Assembly (NCBI GenBank): GCA_016748015.1
Contig: JAAOMT010000494.1
Span: forward strand, 612,190-676,189
Source of the DNA: Geosiphon pyriformis uo1
Taxonomy: Eukaryota; Fungi; Glomeromycota
Length of the DNA: 64,000 bases
Reading direction: 5' to 3'
Below the pieces are notes generated by a model that had not been told where the DNA came from, did not search any database, and worked only from the letters and a program-made list of their open reading frames with translations. Below are positions 11,738-25,200 of the stretch, one piece after another (the first letter of the stretch is position 1; every line of letters starts with the position of its first letter). The translations under genes and the position numbers were made by a program.

Positions 11738-14700
11738 ACATCTCCAATTATTACACTGTTTAATTGGCAGTAGTCAACACAAAATCTGATTTTTTCATTT
11801 TTTTTTATCAAGAACTACTGATGAGATCCAAAGACTTCTTGATGGTTGAATCAATCCATTATTGAGCATTCATTGGACTTTTTTTCTGATGAATTGGTGG
11901 CTAATAGGTGGCACTTGATAAGCTTGTTAACATTTTGGTATAGTATCTCTTGTGTAAATCTGATGTTAAACAATATCAGTTTTCCCAAGATTATTGTTGT
12001 TTTTTGCAAATGTATCAGCAAATTCAGCTATTAGTTGTTTTAATTGTCTTTGTTGTTGAGATTTTAAGGGACCCATGTTGATTCAAGAGAGTTTTTTTTC
12101 CAAAAGATGATAGTTTTCAGTAGTAGAGATAATGTTTGGATTGAGAAGTAAGATATGTCTTATAATTTCGATAAAATTAGAAACAATTTGAGGGTTTTCA
12201 TCCTAAAAGATGTTACTATGTATAATTCCAATTTCTAATTTATTTAATAGAACAATGAGATAGTTGTTGGGATTGTAAAATATAACTCAAAATTTCTTCA
12301 TTTCTTTTGGTATATAGATATTTAGAATTGAGATTTCATGATTCAAACAAATTTGTTCATTGGATTCAAAGATTTGTTGGGTAGTAGTGGGTTTTGAGCA
12401 AGTGTAGATTTCATAATGTTCTCCAAAAAGTGAAATGGTAATTGGTTAAGGAAGTTGTAGAATCTGGTGAGATTCTCTTTGTGTATTGAGAGCTACATTT
12501 ACTGAAATTGTGAATTGTCCAATTGAACCAAAACTTTGTATTTCTCTTTTACTTATGCCTAACTATTTTCTGTTACTAACTGATTGTAACTCTGAAATGT
12601 TAATTAAGAGTAGATAAATTGCTTGAGCAATCTTTTTAGCATGTTTTATTTTAAATAATTTCTTAGTTTTATTTTGTAGCATGACAGTAATATCTCCAGT
12701 ATATTCTGCATCTATAATTCCTTCTCTAATATTGATTTCTTTGCTTGCCAATAATAATCTGGAAGCAATTTAAACTATTGCTTCTGGTGGAATTTTAAGA
12801 GCAATTCTAAGATTGATTTTGGTTAAAGATTTTGGTTAAAAGACCAAAGTGTCTTTTCTTAAGTATTGTAAATTATATCCAGCATCTATATCATGTGCTT
12901 TTTCTGACTTAATTCCTTAACTATTGTTGTTGAAGTATATGAGTTGTAAGCCTGATTGATTTTTAGTAAGATAAATTAAAGTTGTTGTAATTTTTTCTTC
13001 TAGCTTAGATTCTCCAAACTCAATTTCTTTCTGGTTATCTTTACTGAATAAGAGGATGCTAAGAGCATAGTATTCTGAATACCATTTATCATCACAAGGC
13101 ATGATGTATTCTTTATATAATTAAATGTTTATTTTCTCTAATCATTGAATTTATGCTTTTTGGGTTGGGTAAGTGTGGTTTGTAATTTGGTGGTATGTTT
13201 CTATTTCATTTTCATAGTTGAATTCAGTTAATTCTATTGTGGATTTAATGTACTTAGCTTTTTTTATTTGTTAGACATCTTTTTGTGTGGCTTTATTAAT
13301 TAAAGCTATAGTTAAATTAAAAATTATTTCAGCATTATGAAGATAATGGTAGAGTTTGTTAAGAGCACTATTGTAGACTGTATCAAAAGGTGTTCTTCTT
13401 TTGACTTTTTTCGAGATTGATAAGGCATATTGGCAGGTTTGATCACATACTTTTCTTTTTATTGTAACATCAATCTAGTTGCATTCTTCTGATAGCATGT
13501 CTTCACATATGAAACAAGAAGTATTGTTCTATTTTCCACTTTATTTGGGGTATTCAAATTATTCTCTATAACATGCTTTACAGTAGTAACAGGTGCAAGT
13601 TTTATATTCCTTTTCTGGAGAAATACATGCTCTCATTGATGAAAATTTTTTGTTACAATCTTTGCATTTAAGTGAGATGTAAGGTGGTTGTTTCTATGGT
13701 TTTGGTGTAGAGTATCAAACTACATTCTATCCTTTAGTTTTTTCAAAGATTTTTTGTTCTGTTTCCTTAGCCCAATTGGATGGTAATTCAAGAGCCATAA
13801 AGATTTCAGTAATTAATAGTTCTTTCTCCTCTTCAAATTCAAATACTGGGGCTTTTTCAGATTTTTTATTAAAAGTATGACAGGTAACAGGTATTCTGGT
13901 GTATTGTTCTTGGTATAAAATCTTTAATTCCTGAGTTTCCCAATCTAAATTTGTATTGGTCTTAAGAAGCCAATCATTTCTGACAAGAGCTTAATATTGG
14001 GGTACATCTATGACTAAAACTTTGATTAGAATGATGATTCCATCAATAATAAATGAGAAATTGTTGATTTCTCCTACTGGGGTTTTTTTTATGCCATTAG
14101 CTATAACAATTACAGTTTAAGTTGGTCTGTTAATATTTTTTCTAAGCTGTTGTATTAATTGATAGGTAATAATGCTTTTGGTGGATCCACTGTTTAGAAT
14201 CAAGTAGATTTGTTTTCCTTTTACTTCAGTTTTAGTATATATAGCAGTGATTGCTTTTTGCTCATTGACTGCTGCATTGCTAAATAAGAATGGTAATTTA
14301 TTGGCTTCAAATTCAAATAAAAATATATCTAAGAGATTAGCATTTTAAGCAATTTAGATTGGTGAAATAGTATTGTTAGAAGGGTTTGATCTTGGTGCTG
14401 CAACTTTACTTTCAAAAAGTACAATTTGTTGAAAATTCAATTCTTCAGATATTATGAGATAACTAGATTGAATATAGTAATAATTGGGTCTTTGCTAACC
14501 AGAATTTTAAGAAACCAACTGGTTGTTTGAGTTAATTCTGTTTTTATTATTTTGAAATTGATTTTAAGATGTAAATTGGTTTTGTTAAACCAATTTTCGG
14601 GCTGGTATTTGATATTGTTGTGTAAGTGGTTGTTGATACTATTGAATTGATAAAGGTTGTTGATATTGCTGCTGTGAAGCAGATTAATAGTAATTGTTTT

Positions 14701-16273
14701 GCTGTTGGGGTCTTAAAAAATAATAGATTAGTAGTAAAGACTAATAATAAGATTGCTATATTGAAAAATAACATTAATTACTCCTGTTTTGTTAGTTTCT
14801 TTGTAGTTTTTTGCAGTCTCATTTCCAATGTTCTGGAATTCCATAATAGTAACAGCTTTGTGGTTAATTGTTAGATAATGAAGGGTAGTTGTTTTGGTTT
14901 TGTTATTATAATGGCTAATATCTTTGTGTTTGTTGTTGCTGTTGTTAGTTGGTAAAATAGTTTTCAACTTTTTTTGTAAGTTGGTCAATTTTTTTCAGCT
15001 GCTGAGCTAGTTTCTTCAATGACAAAATTCACAAATTTTGTGCAGTTGGCTTTTTCTATAGTTATTTCATAATTTTTTGCATGTTGGATAGCAGTAGCCA
15101 AATCTTCACATAAATGTGGACACACTTTTTTTATGAGTTTATCTTTTAATTTAGCAATGAATTGATTCAAGATTTGGACATCAAAATAGTATTCATTGGT
15201 TTTCAACTGGCAAATTCTTCTGAAAAGTTTGTTGAACTTCTCTAAGTAGGTCATAACTGATTTACTTGGTTTTTGTTTAATATTTTAGAACCGATTTTGG
15301 AGGGTAATAAATGTGTTGTTGTCAGTGAATTGTTGTAAGAAATTATCTTTGAATGCTTGCCAGTTTTCAAAGAGTGCATCCAAGTTTTCAAACTATTTTC
15401 CTGCAGTTCTTTAAAGAAAGTATGAAATAGCTTTTAACATTTTTGCTGCCATCCATCCATTTGCATCTTTTGCTTTTTGGACTTTGTCAAGATATTCTTA
15501 AGGACTGGTAACATTATATTCATTCATGAATTTTGGAATCTTTGTAATATAAGCAGTTGCTATTTCTTCTTCATTTTTTGTGGTTTTTTTTGTTCTGATT
15601 CAGTTTCTTTACTTTCTAAGTTCTCTGAATAATTACTTTTATTTTCCTGCAAGTAATCAATAATATTGGTGCTGGTTAATATGGGTTTCTGTTGTTGAAT
15701 AGAACTTTTAGGTAACTGAAAATCTTCTAATCTTGAGAAATAGATAAGTAGTAAATTTGGTGTTTGTGATTGAACAAGTGAAATTGAAAATAATGTAATA
15801 GAAAGTGGTAATTTGACACTGGTTTCTTGTTCAGATGTTTATAAGTGTTTGGTAGTTGTTTTTGGTGTGTTGTAAATTGTATGGTTAATTTGAATTTTCT
15901 CCTTCTGTTTTCTGTTGTTGCTGTTTTCTGGTTCTAATTTAAAGTTAACAGAGTATTTAGATTGTACTGGGTATTTTTTTTCACAATATTAAATAATGTT
16001 AAAATTAAGTTCTTGGAAGTAGGTGGCAAGTGTTTTACTATTCAGGTCTTTTGTTTCCAATTGTAAATAGTGCACTAAATTATTGTAGAGATTGTTTTTG
16101 ACTTCTGAAATGTTGTAGTTTCTAAAAAAATAATTGTTAATGCAGTTTTCAATGTATTGGTATAGTAATTTCTTGAAAATTTCAATTTCGTCTTGGATGT
16201 TGAAACTTTGCTTGCAGTGAGTGTAAATTGACTGATAATACTCTAAAGTTGTTGTGTCTAGTGTAATCGCTAT
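11738..16273 (-). pseudogene. A1 Gag-PR-Cys-rich-dUTPase-RT(N) polyprotein (degraded)
   Basis: ORF fragments 12563-12751 (dUTPase GIIDAEYTG...KIAQAI), 12917-13102 and 14985-15254 (Gag). Confidence 0.9.
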
Positions 16274-16318
16274 TTTGAAGTTGTTATTGTTGTGTTATTT
16301 CTATGGGAGAGCACTAAA

Positions 16319-17278
16319 TGTTACTGGAGATTTTTGGTCTTTTTTTTTAAATGTTTTTAATGTTTGTCTGTTGCTAATTTCACGTTTTCTGGAAGCAGTT
16401 GAACCTCCAATAACTGAATTTATCTTCAAATTATCTCTTATAATTTGAACTGCTGGACTTATAAGTAAAATGGCCAATTCCTTGCCAGTTATTTTATGTA
16501 GTTATGTTGTAGTAAATATCAACTCTTTCTCAGAAATTGCTCATCTGGAAGCTTACTAAAAATGTGTAGTTACTTTGCTGTGAAAGTTAACTCTTCTACA
16601 GAAATCTTGTCTGTAGACTACCTTAATGATTATAATAAGAAAATAAAATAAAATAAAATAAAATAAAATAAATATAAAAAAAATAAAATTCTAACAAGGG
16701 AAATGTTTTCTATTCAAACCTGGAGTCACTAACAGATTACTGAAATTAGTAGCTAATTAATTTTAAAATGTTAATTGTGTTGAGAAAATTTCAAGTATAA
16801 TAATCAAAGAATTTGGTTTTTAAATATTTAATTTTTATTTGATATGTGTAAAAGGTAATTTGTTCTAATTAAGATATTTAAAATAAGATACTATAATAAG
16901 ATACTATAAGAAAATATATTTTCTTAAAAAGAGAGGCTCTTTTTTTATACAATTTGTTGTAGTACTAGTCTTTGAACTTATACTTTCTCTTTGCTCTAAT
17001 TTTGGTAAACTACAAGTTATTTCTACAAACTATTGATTATTTCGGCCAATTTTTATCAATTTCGACGAATTTTGACTTTATTAAATAGTTCAGGGTATTG
17101 TGTAATTTGATTATTTTAATTTCTATGGTACAAATTGGATTATTGATTAAGTAATAATATTTGATAATTTGATTAAATAATAAGTGATAATTGAAATGAT
17201 ACTAATATATGCTAATTAATAATAGGAATTATGAGGGTGATTTTATGCTAATTAATAACTAAAATTCTACTGGTAATA
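16319..17278 (-). repeat. A1 5' LTR
   Basis: TGTTACTGG...CTGGTAATA; repeat of 1929-2900. Confidence 0.92.
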
Positions 17279-17870
17279 CCAGTTTATTCTAAAAGTTATG
17301 CCTTTTTGGTAAGCTATTCTTAAATTTCTACTCTTGTTTCTGGGTTTTTTACCAGACTATTTTTGATGTCAATTACTTAATACTTAATTTTTTTAATCAA
17401 TTAATAGACAATAAAGAAACAAAACAAAAGAAAATAAAAGAAAATAAAAGAAAATAAGAAATTAATATTCTGTTAATAACTAGAATCAAGAATTATTGGT
17501 TCAATATAGTTAAGTATTAAATTCTATCAACATAAAGTGTTGATAATATAGAATAGATTAATATTTTTTTAATTAAGTAATAATAATATGAATTTAGATA
17601 ATAATAGATGTTTTATTAATATAAGTATAATTTTAAATTATAGAAAACTATCTTTTAAAAATAAAAGTATTTGTTAATTTGAACTAAATTGTCTTTTCTG
17701 TTTCTAATATTCTCATTATATATACATAATTCATATTATACAAAATTTCTTGAAATTTTTTAATTCTTTTAAAAAAAATTCTGGAATTCTGGAATTTCTT
17801 TTTTTACTATGTTTATTTCTAATTGGCTAATTTATTTACTTATTATTATTCTTAATTTTTATAAATAATA
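17279..17870 (-). repeat. Element D 3' LTR, U3-side piece
   Basis: Matches the reverse complement of ~46100-46655. Confidence 0.8.
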
Positions 17871-17883
17871 TTATTCTTTTCTT

Positions 17884-18538
17884 TTAATATTAAACTCTGT
17901 TAAAATTTTCTAAATTTTCTAAATTTTCTAAATCTCCCTCTTAAATTAGCTTTATAACTTTTTTCTTAAAAATTGCTTTTGTTATTCTGGTCTGTAATTC
18001 TTTAAATTAGATATTGGTTAATTTTTTTAGTTGATTAATAGTTACTGTACTTATTTTTGAGTATAGCAGTATTTTTAGCCAGTTCTAAAATCTTATTTGT
18101 AGTCAATAAATGGCTTTTACATATGTAAATAAATTGCTTTTTCTCATAACTTGTTTGATTTGTTGTACTATAATTGAATTAAATATTCTTTTGATTTTAT
18201 TTGTGTATAAATTTCGAATATTTAATTTCTGTCCTAACTTATAATAAAAAAATTTTTTAGAAATTTGTTGTGTCTATTGGTTCTAATTTTTTAAGACAAA
18301 TTCTTTATTTGGTATTAATATTCTTGAAGTTTTCAATGTTTTTTTCACTTTTTTCTACTGAATTTTCAAAAATATGATATTTGAAATATTGTTTTTTATT
18401 TTAGGATCTTTGAATTATTTTTTTGTCTTTATATTGTATTATTTGTTTGTTAATAGTAACTTTGAGGCTTGATTTTTAATATTAAATAAATTATAAAAGT
18501 TGTTGTGCAAGTAAGCAAATATTGTTATTAATTTTTAT
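17884..18538 (-). pseudogene. Element D ORF3 remnant
   Basis: Colinear with 45430-46086; N-terminus (I)KINNNICLLAQQLL. Confidence 0.7.
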
Positions 18539-19120
18539 TTTTATTATTGTTTTTGTCACATATATTGGTTTTTTATATACTGTTTTGATTAATTAATTTA
18601 ATGTATTTGTTTTAATAATTATAATTGGTTTCAGATTTTGTAGAATCTTATCTGGTTTGATTAGTATTTTTTGTACTCTTAATAGTAAAATATTACTGAT
18701 AAATAATAATACTATATTGTAATATGATTTTAATTAATTACTATTTACTGCTTTGGCTAAAATTTTGTTGTTTTATCTTAACTTATATATTCTATTTCTC
18801 AGAATTTTTTTAATGTAAAATAGACTATTCTATTTGGAGTCAAATTTTCTATTTTATTGTTTTTTTACTTTGGTATAATATAAAAGTACTTTGTTTCTAA
18901 TCCTAAATTTAACTGGTTTATTTGGTAACTGGTTGTCATATTGTTTTTTTGTTTTGTTTATGACTTTTGTATATTATTAGCTGCTTTTTATCTTTTATTT
19001 TTTAGAGTTTCTATTAAGTTATATGTTCTTTTTAACAATGTTTTTTGAAGATTGACTTTTGTTATTAATTCAATTATATATGTATTAATATTTATTTTAA
19101 TTGGTATTATGACTGTTCTA

Positions 19121-20284
19121 TTGTTATAAGTTGAAGTAACAAGTTAATAAATAGTAAGAAAAAACAGGATTGTAGGGTAATAAAAATAATCAAAGAGAAA
19201 ATTACAATATAGAAATGAATTAAATAAGTAAGAATTCAATATGTGTGATTAGTTTCATAAAAATCACAATTGTAAATCTTTTTTGGAAATCTAAAAGTAG
19301 AGAAATAGTTTATAATTGTTAACAAAATAATACTACTGCTATTATTCTATGTCTTAACTCAGTAATTCTTAAAATTAATAACAGATATTATTGTGCTTTT
19401 CAATTATTTCTTTATTCAAAAAATCACAAGAGCAAGCAATTGCTTCTTAAGCTAATTCTAACAAATACAAATCAAAAAAAAAAAGATAAGATATGTAAAT
19501 GTTAACAAGTAATCTTTTATTCCAAGATGTTCAAATACTTAAAGATAAAAAAAAGAGAATAAGCAATATGAGAGAAAGTAATTGATAGTGGGTTTTATTT
19601 TATCACTTTGATCATATCTTTCTACAGCTAAAAGACTTATTGCTTATATAGCTATTAAAAATGGTTAATAACCAAGTCAATAGTCAGGTTATTAATTAGA
19701 TTAATAATTACTATCTAAAAATAGAGTGGTTAATTATATGACATTAGTGGCTAATACATGTAATAATTAATAAAAAATATGAGTTTCAATCATAATATTA
19801 TCCTCTCCAAAGAGATTAAGCTTTAACAAAATCAAACTATTTATAAGATAATTTAATTGAAAAGTTTTGTCTAATTCAAAGTTAACTAGTTTATTAAAGT
19901 TTTTAGTCAATAAGATATATAATATTTGAGACAAAATAAGTTTTGTATCCAAGAAACCAAATCTTTATATAAGAGTTTTGGCTTTTTTAGCAATAGTTAA
20001 AACTCTTAAAACATCTAATTATATAATGCTCAAAATTTCTGCTTGTATCTCTAAAGTTGTTTTCTTCATGAGCTTTATATCTTTTATGATTTCATCAAAG
20101 TAATTATAGAGTTCTAATTGCTTTTTATATAATAAGTTTTTGTCTATGGGTAAAATTTCTTGAATTGTTTTTCCAATTATACTAGAAGGTAAAAATATCA
20201 CTGCTATTATATTTTTCAGTAGATATTTATCCATTTTGCTATCAATTTTTTCTCTTTTGGTAATTTTGCAATTATCTGCATGCA
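19121..20284 (-). other. Unidentified degraded coding-like sequence
   Basis: ORFs 20019-20285 and 19767-19952 share one frame, broken by two stops. No homologue was seen elsewhere in the window. Confidence 0.3.
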
Positions 20285-21170
20285 AAAATCGACTGCTTTC
20301 TAGGCCAAATAACAGACACTAAAAAACTTAAAGAACAAATTCATCAAAAATTATTAGTCCACTTAATGAATACCACTATCTAAGCCATAGTCAAAACTCT
20401 TCATATACTTAATAAAAACATCAAGTACTATGTAGAAAAATACTACTCTTAAGTAAAACAACCAGCAAGGCCTAATTCTAAAAAATACAAGTCTGAACCC
20501 AATAGCACAGCAGCCACATGAGAACAAGCTTACTCAATAGTCAACAAGAAACCAAAATTTCTTTCTCCAACAACTCTATCATACTATTAGACACCAGAAA
20601 GTAGAATTGTATTTAATCCAACCATGGAAATTCAGACAGAAACATCATAAACTCTTGGAAATTAACACCCATAAAGTCATAACAGTTGGACCAGATCCCT
20701 AGGAGGATACAGATCATTATTTGGGAATCTCATCTCAACAATTAATAAAATAAACAGAAATACATTGAGGTGAGAACCACCATCAACCCAACTCTTGACT
20801 GAATCATCAACTACCCTCTCTGAAAAAACAGCTATCTTCCAGCCCATTAAGAAAATTAACAAAAAAAAACAACCAGAATTAGCACCAGGAAAATACTCTA
20901 GCACACAAACACCAAACCCTTCAACATTAACCAGTAAGACTCTATCTACTTACCAGATTATGACCTACTGAGATATTACAAAATTAGAGAAATTTTCGAA
21001 AAAAAAAGACAATGCATACTTGTAGATTGCAGAAGCCAAAAAAGCAATTATTGTCAACAACTGAGATGATGACAGAACTATTCAAGCACTGCCATTTTTT
21101 TTGACTGAAACTGCAAATTTATGATATCAAAGCCTAACAGAAAAACTTATTGACTTTATCACCTTTAAGC
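20285..21170 (+). pseudogene. Gag fragment of a third Gag lineage (probable 5' part of element C)
   Basis: Reads MTY*DITKLEKF...AEAKKAIIVNN*DDDRTIQALPFFLTETANL*YQSL, homologous to the capsid starts of B1 and A. Confidence 0.8.
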
Positions 21171-21380
21171 TTCTATCTGGCATAGTAATTATCTGCAAAT
21201 TCTTGCTTTTGAATTAATATTAACTTTTTGTAATCTGTGTATACATCAAACTTCTGATTCAAATATTCTTTTTATTTAATAATAACTTAGTAAATGGCTA
21301 AATGTTTTAATGTTAAAGTGTCATAGTTTTTTTCAGCTAGACTCAAACTTTGGCTAGTATATATTATTAGATGTTTTTAT
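21171..21380 (-). pseudogene. Inverted pol segment, part 1 (RNase H C-terminus)
   Basis: Reverse complement of B1 ~28020-28230; continues at 31245 across the TTAT TSD. Confidence 0.8.
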
Positions 21381-22160
21381 TGTTATTTATAAAGAAAACA
21401 GATATAGAAAAATAGTAGACCAATAAAGGAGTAGTAGTTAGCATGTAAACATATTGTTCAAAAAATTATAGCACATCATTTGAGAATATGAGCAATTTCA
21501 TAGAACATAAATTAGGTATATATAATGATAGCATTAGAAGCAGAAAAGACAGACTTCTTAGTTTAGATTTTATCTAACCAATCTTTTATATTACAAATAT
21601 TAAATAAATAATTATTCACTATCTTGAATCTACTTTTCACTATCAATGCTTTATGTTGATAGTAATTAATACTTGACTACTTTAGAACAATAGCTCTTGA
21701 TCATAACTATTACCAGATTACTAAAATTTATTGCCTTGGTTTATTTCTTTTATTTCTTTTGTTATTTTTTTTGTTTTACTAATTGATTGAAAATTAAAAA
21801 AAAGTGCTAAGTTACAGACATTATAAGAACAGGTAAAAGACTCATAAAACAAGAGTAAAACACTCATAGATTTGAGGATAGCTTACCAGAAAGATTACTG
21901 GCCATCTTGCTAAAAAAAAAATTCAATAGAATTGTAATTCCGGGAGGCTACTAAAATAACAATTGAATTTCTGTTCATTATACAAAAAACTCACCCAAAA
22001 CCTTCAGATTACCCAAAACCTTTAAATTATTTAAAACTTTCAGATTACTCAAAACCTTCAGATACAAACAACCTTTAGAAACCAAGATCATTATATTAAT
22101 TAAAGCACCAAGTTATGGATTTTTTGTTTGTTTTAAGACCCCAAATAATTATTTGTAATA
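21381..22160 (+). repeat. B1 5' LTR
   Basis: TGTTA...TGTAATA; carries four copies of an 18-bp AAAACCTTCAGATTACCC repeat. Confidence 0.9.
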
Positions 22161-22162
22161 TT

Positions 22163-22179
22163 TGGTGCTCCCTGTGAAG
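22163..22179 (+). other. Primer-binding site, family B (TGGTGCTCCCTGTGAAG)
   Basis: TGG two nt after the LTR end. Confidence 0.8.
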
Positions 22180-22222
22180 TATAATCTTACAGAAAACCAG
22201 CATCAACAATAATTATTTGAAA

Positions 22223-25200
22223 GTGGCAGAATCAGAAATAATAGGGACAAACTATTTAGGATTTGCTAAATCCTTATTTCAACAGTACAGCCAACAATTG
22301 GACCTAACCAACAACTATTATCCAGCAGAATCAGTCTTTAATTTTTATGTCAACAAAAAAATCACAGATTTCCTAGAAAAACCAGTTAATATTGAATTAG
22401 CAAGAGAAATTTCTATACAGAATTAATTCAATACATCAGCTTATTACGAAATTACAGTTTTACACCAATCATCAAAAAAATTAATCAAGAAATTGAAAAC
22501 TACACTCAACAACAATTCCCTATTATCTACACAGATAAGAGTAAAAAAAAGCTACAAACACTAATAATAACTTCAAAGAGAATACAATTACCAATATAGA
22601 AGAAGCAAAGAATTGAATCTCTACTATATTCATATCATCATACACCTGGAAGTACTATCAACATTTTATCAGCAGACATATCTACATCAAACGCGACATT
22701 AACATTTAGACAACTACCATTTCAAAGTAAACAAAAGAAAGTAGAATTATTAGAAACATATGGCAATTACTTTGAAGGATTTAAATCATAATCTCCAACA
22801 CCATCAGGATTTTAATCACTGCCACTTCAACCAGATTTCAGAACCATAAGTCTCTGAAAAGTAACAATATTAGAAGAAAAAAAGGAAGAGAATCAAGAAT
22901 TTAATTATCAAAATTTGATTGCAGAAAATCCAAAAGTTGGAATTCCGAATATTCAAACTCAGCAAACTTAGAATAATCCAAACTCCAAGTTAATTAATCA
23001 GCAAAACTTACTTTTAGAAATTGTCATTAATCAACAACCAATTGATCCGATTGCTGAACAACTTTAACTGTCAATACCACTTTAGCAATTATCTCTTTAA
23101 CTATCACAACAACCAAACTTGGATTCAATGACCTATGCCCCAATAGTAAAACTCAAAAAATTCACTGGTGAAGAGAACAATGCCCAAATATGGCTGAATG
23201 ACATGGAAAAAACCATTGTAGCCAATAGATAGAATGATGCGAGAGTTATGCAAGCCATTTCATACTTCCTCCAGAATACCACCAATTCTTGGTATTAGAG
23301 CTTGGTCAACAAACCTCAGGATTTTAATGCATTCAAGCTTGAGTTTTTAAGATACTTTAGCAACAATAACAGTATTAATTATTTAGCCAATACCTTTACC
23401 ACCATTAAGCAAAGAGAAATTAAAGCAGTCACTATCTACTTAAGATGCTTCCATAGGAATTTGTGCCAAATACAAACAATTGACACAAATTACTTTACAG
23501 CACCACAGATTCTGAACCAGTTCATCCGTGGACTGTGCAGTAGCATCCTTTAATGCATATGCCCAATACATCTACAAACTCTCCAAGATGCAGTTACCAA
23601 TGCATGAAATTTTGAATCCACTAAACTCAAAGCTAACCATGCTCAAGCTGTCAATTTAGTAATGAACAGATCATCTGAATTGGATTCTAAATTGAAACAA
23701 TTTAGTGATTCCATTAACCAAAAATTAAAGGGATACTTAACTAACAATTAGGCAATTTATTAACCTCCACAATGATGCAATAATCAAGAAAATGCAAATC
23801 AGTTCTAGAATCAGTTGCATCTATTCTCCTTAACCAATCAGCAGTGGCAGCAGAAAACATGTGTTTGCCACTACTGTGGTAAACAAAAACATTTGAGAAT
23901 TGACTGCAGGTTAAAAATAGATAACTAATGATCAAAAAATCAATATTAAAATCCCAATTACCAATTTTCAACTCCGAGATATCAATCCAATCCAGAAATA
24001 TATCAATCAAGTTACTTATTAGTGACACAGTCACCAATTTATTAACCACCTATTTATTTGACTTCAGTACCAGTTATTTATCAACCACAGCCACAAATAA
24101 TATATTAACTCCAACAAATTCTTATACTGCCACCAAACTCAGCTCAGATGACATTAGAAAATCCCAGATCAAGAGTCACCCAAAACTGGAGATTGGCAAT
24201 AGTTGTCTACTAACTGATTCTTAGTTTATTCAACCAGCCATCAGAATCACACCAGCAGAATTCAGGAACTGGATATACTCAAAACCTGAGTTCTCAAAAC
24301 TACTTAAGCCTTCTAGTAACCCCAGAAGACATTTCATCCAATAACCAGAAGATCAATCAAATACAACCACTTACTAGCAACATATTTTCAGCCACCATTA
24401 CCAACAATAAATCACTAGCAGCAATTTTTCCATTTGAATTCGAAGAACTGTTATCCATATCTTTGTTTAATGGAGCTGTTCTCAAAAAAAAACCAATTAC
24501 CACTATGTATACTGATGCTAAAGTTGATGACCACTTCATCAAACTCATATTAGATAACAGGTCAGCTGGTAGCATCATTACACAACAATTTATGAACCAA
24601 TTAGGTTACTGAGTTGATTATACTGCCAGCACCAGAATCATAACAGCCAATAGAGCAACCAAAACTCCAATTGGTGAAATTGATGAATTACTTATTAAAA
24701 TTAACAACATCATCATACTCATTAAAGTTTTGGTAATAGAAACAACTCAGTACCAAGCTCTCATTAAGAATAACTGGCTGTTCAAAACCAATGTCATGCT
24801 TGATTAGAACACCCAAGAACTGCAGCTCAGCCAAAATAGTCATCACACCAGCCATTTGTGGTTATTTCAAGACCATTATCAATGACAAATTACTTATTGA
24901 ATTAGAAAAAAAAGAAAAAAAACCTATCTGGAAAGCATATTAAGTTTCCTGGGCTAATGCTGACCACAATAAATTACCACCAATACCATCATAAGACAAC
25001 AAAAGAAAGAAAAAAAGAGAAGAAAAACCTAACTGAGAAATCAACCAAAGTTATTGGAATAATAACAAACAAAGTGAGCAGCCACTAATTTGGATTTGAG
25101 AAAAAAAAGAAAAAGAAAAAGAAAAAATAGATAAAAAAACACAAGCCATTATTTCTACATATATTCCATATACAGCACTTCAACCACAAGCCAATTACTG

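Larger units (their letters stand above)
1929..17278 (-). mobile_element. Element A1: full-length Ty3/Gypsy-like LTR retrotransposon, family A, containing nested A2
   Basis: LTRs at 1929-2900 and 16319-17278, PPT at 2901-2915, PBS remnant at ~16301-16316. TSD is TCAG/CCAG (one transition). Gag, PR, Cys-rich module, dUTPase, RT, RH, INT and ORF3 remnants are present. Confidence 0.93.
1741..19120 (-). mobile_element. Element D: 5'-truncated family-B-type Gypsy remnant (integrase C-terminus, ORF3, 3' LTR), split by A1
   Basis: 1741-1928 plus 17279-17870 is the reverse complement of the LTR at 46100-46836. A PPT-like tract follows at 17871-17885, and integrase-like sequence runs to ~19120. Confidence 0.8.
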
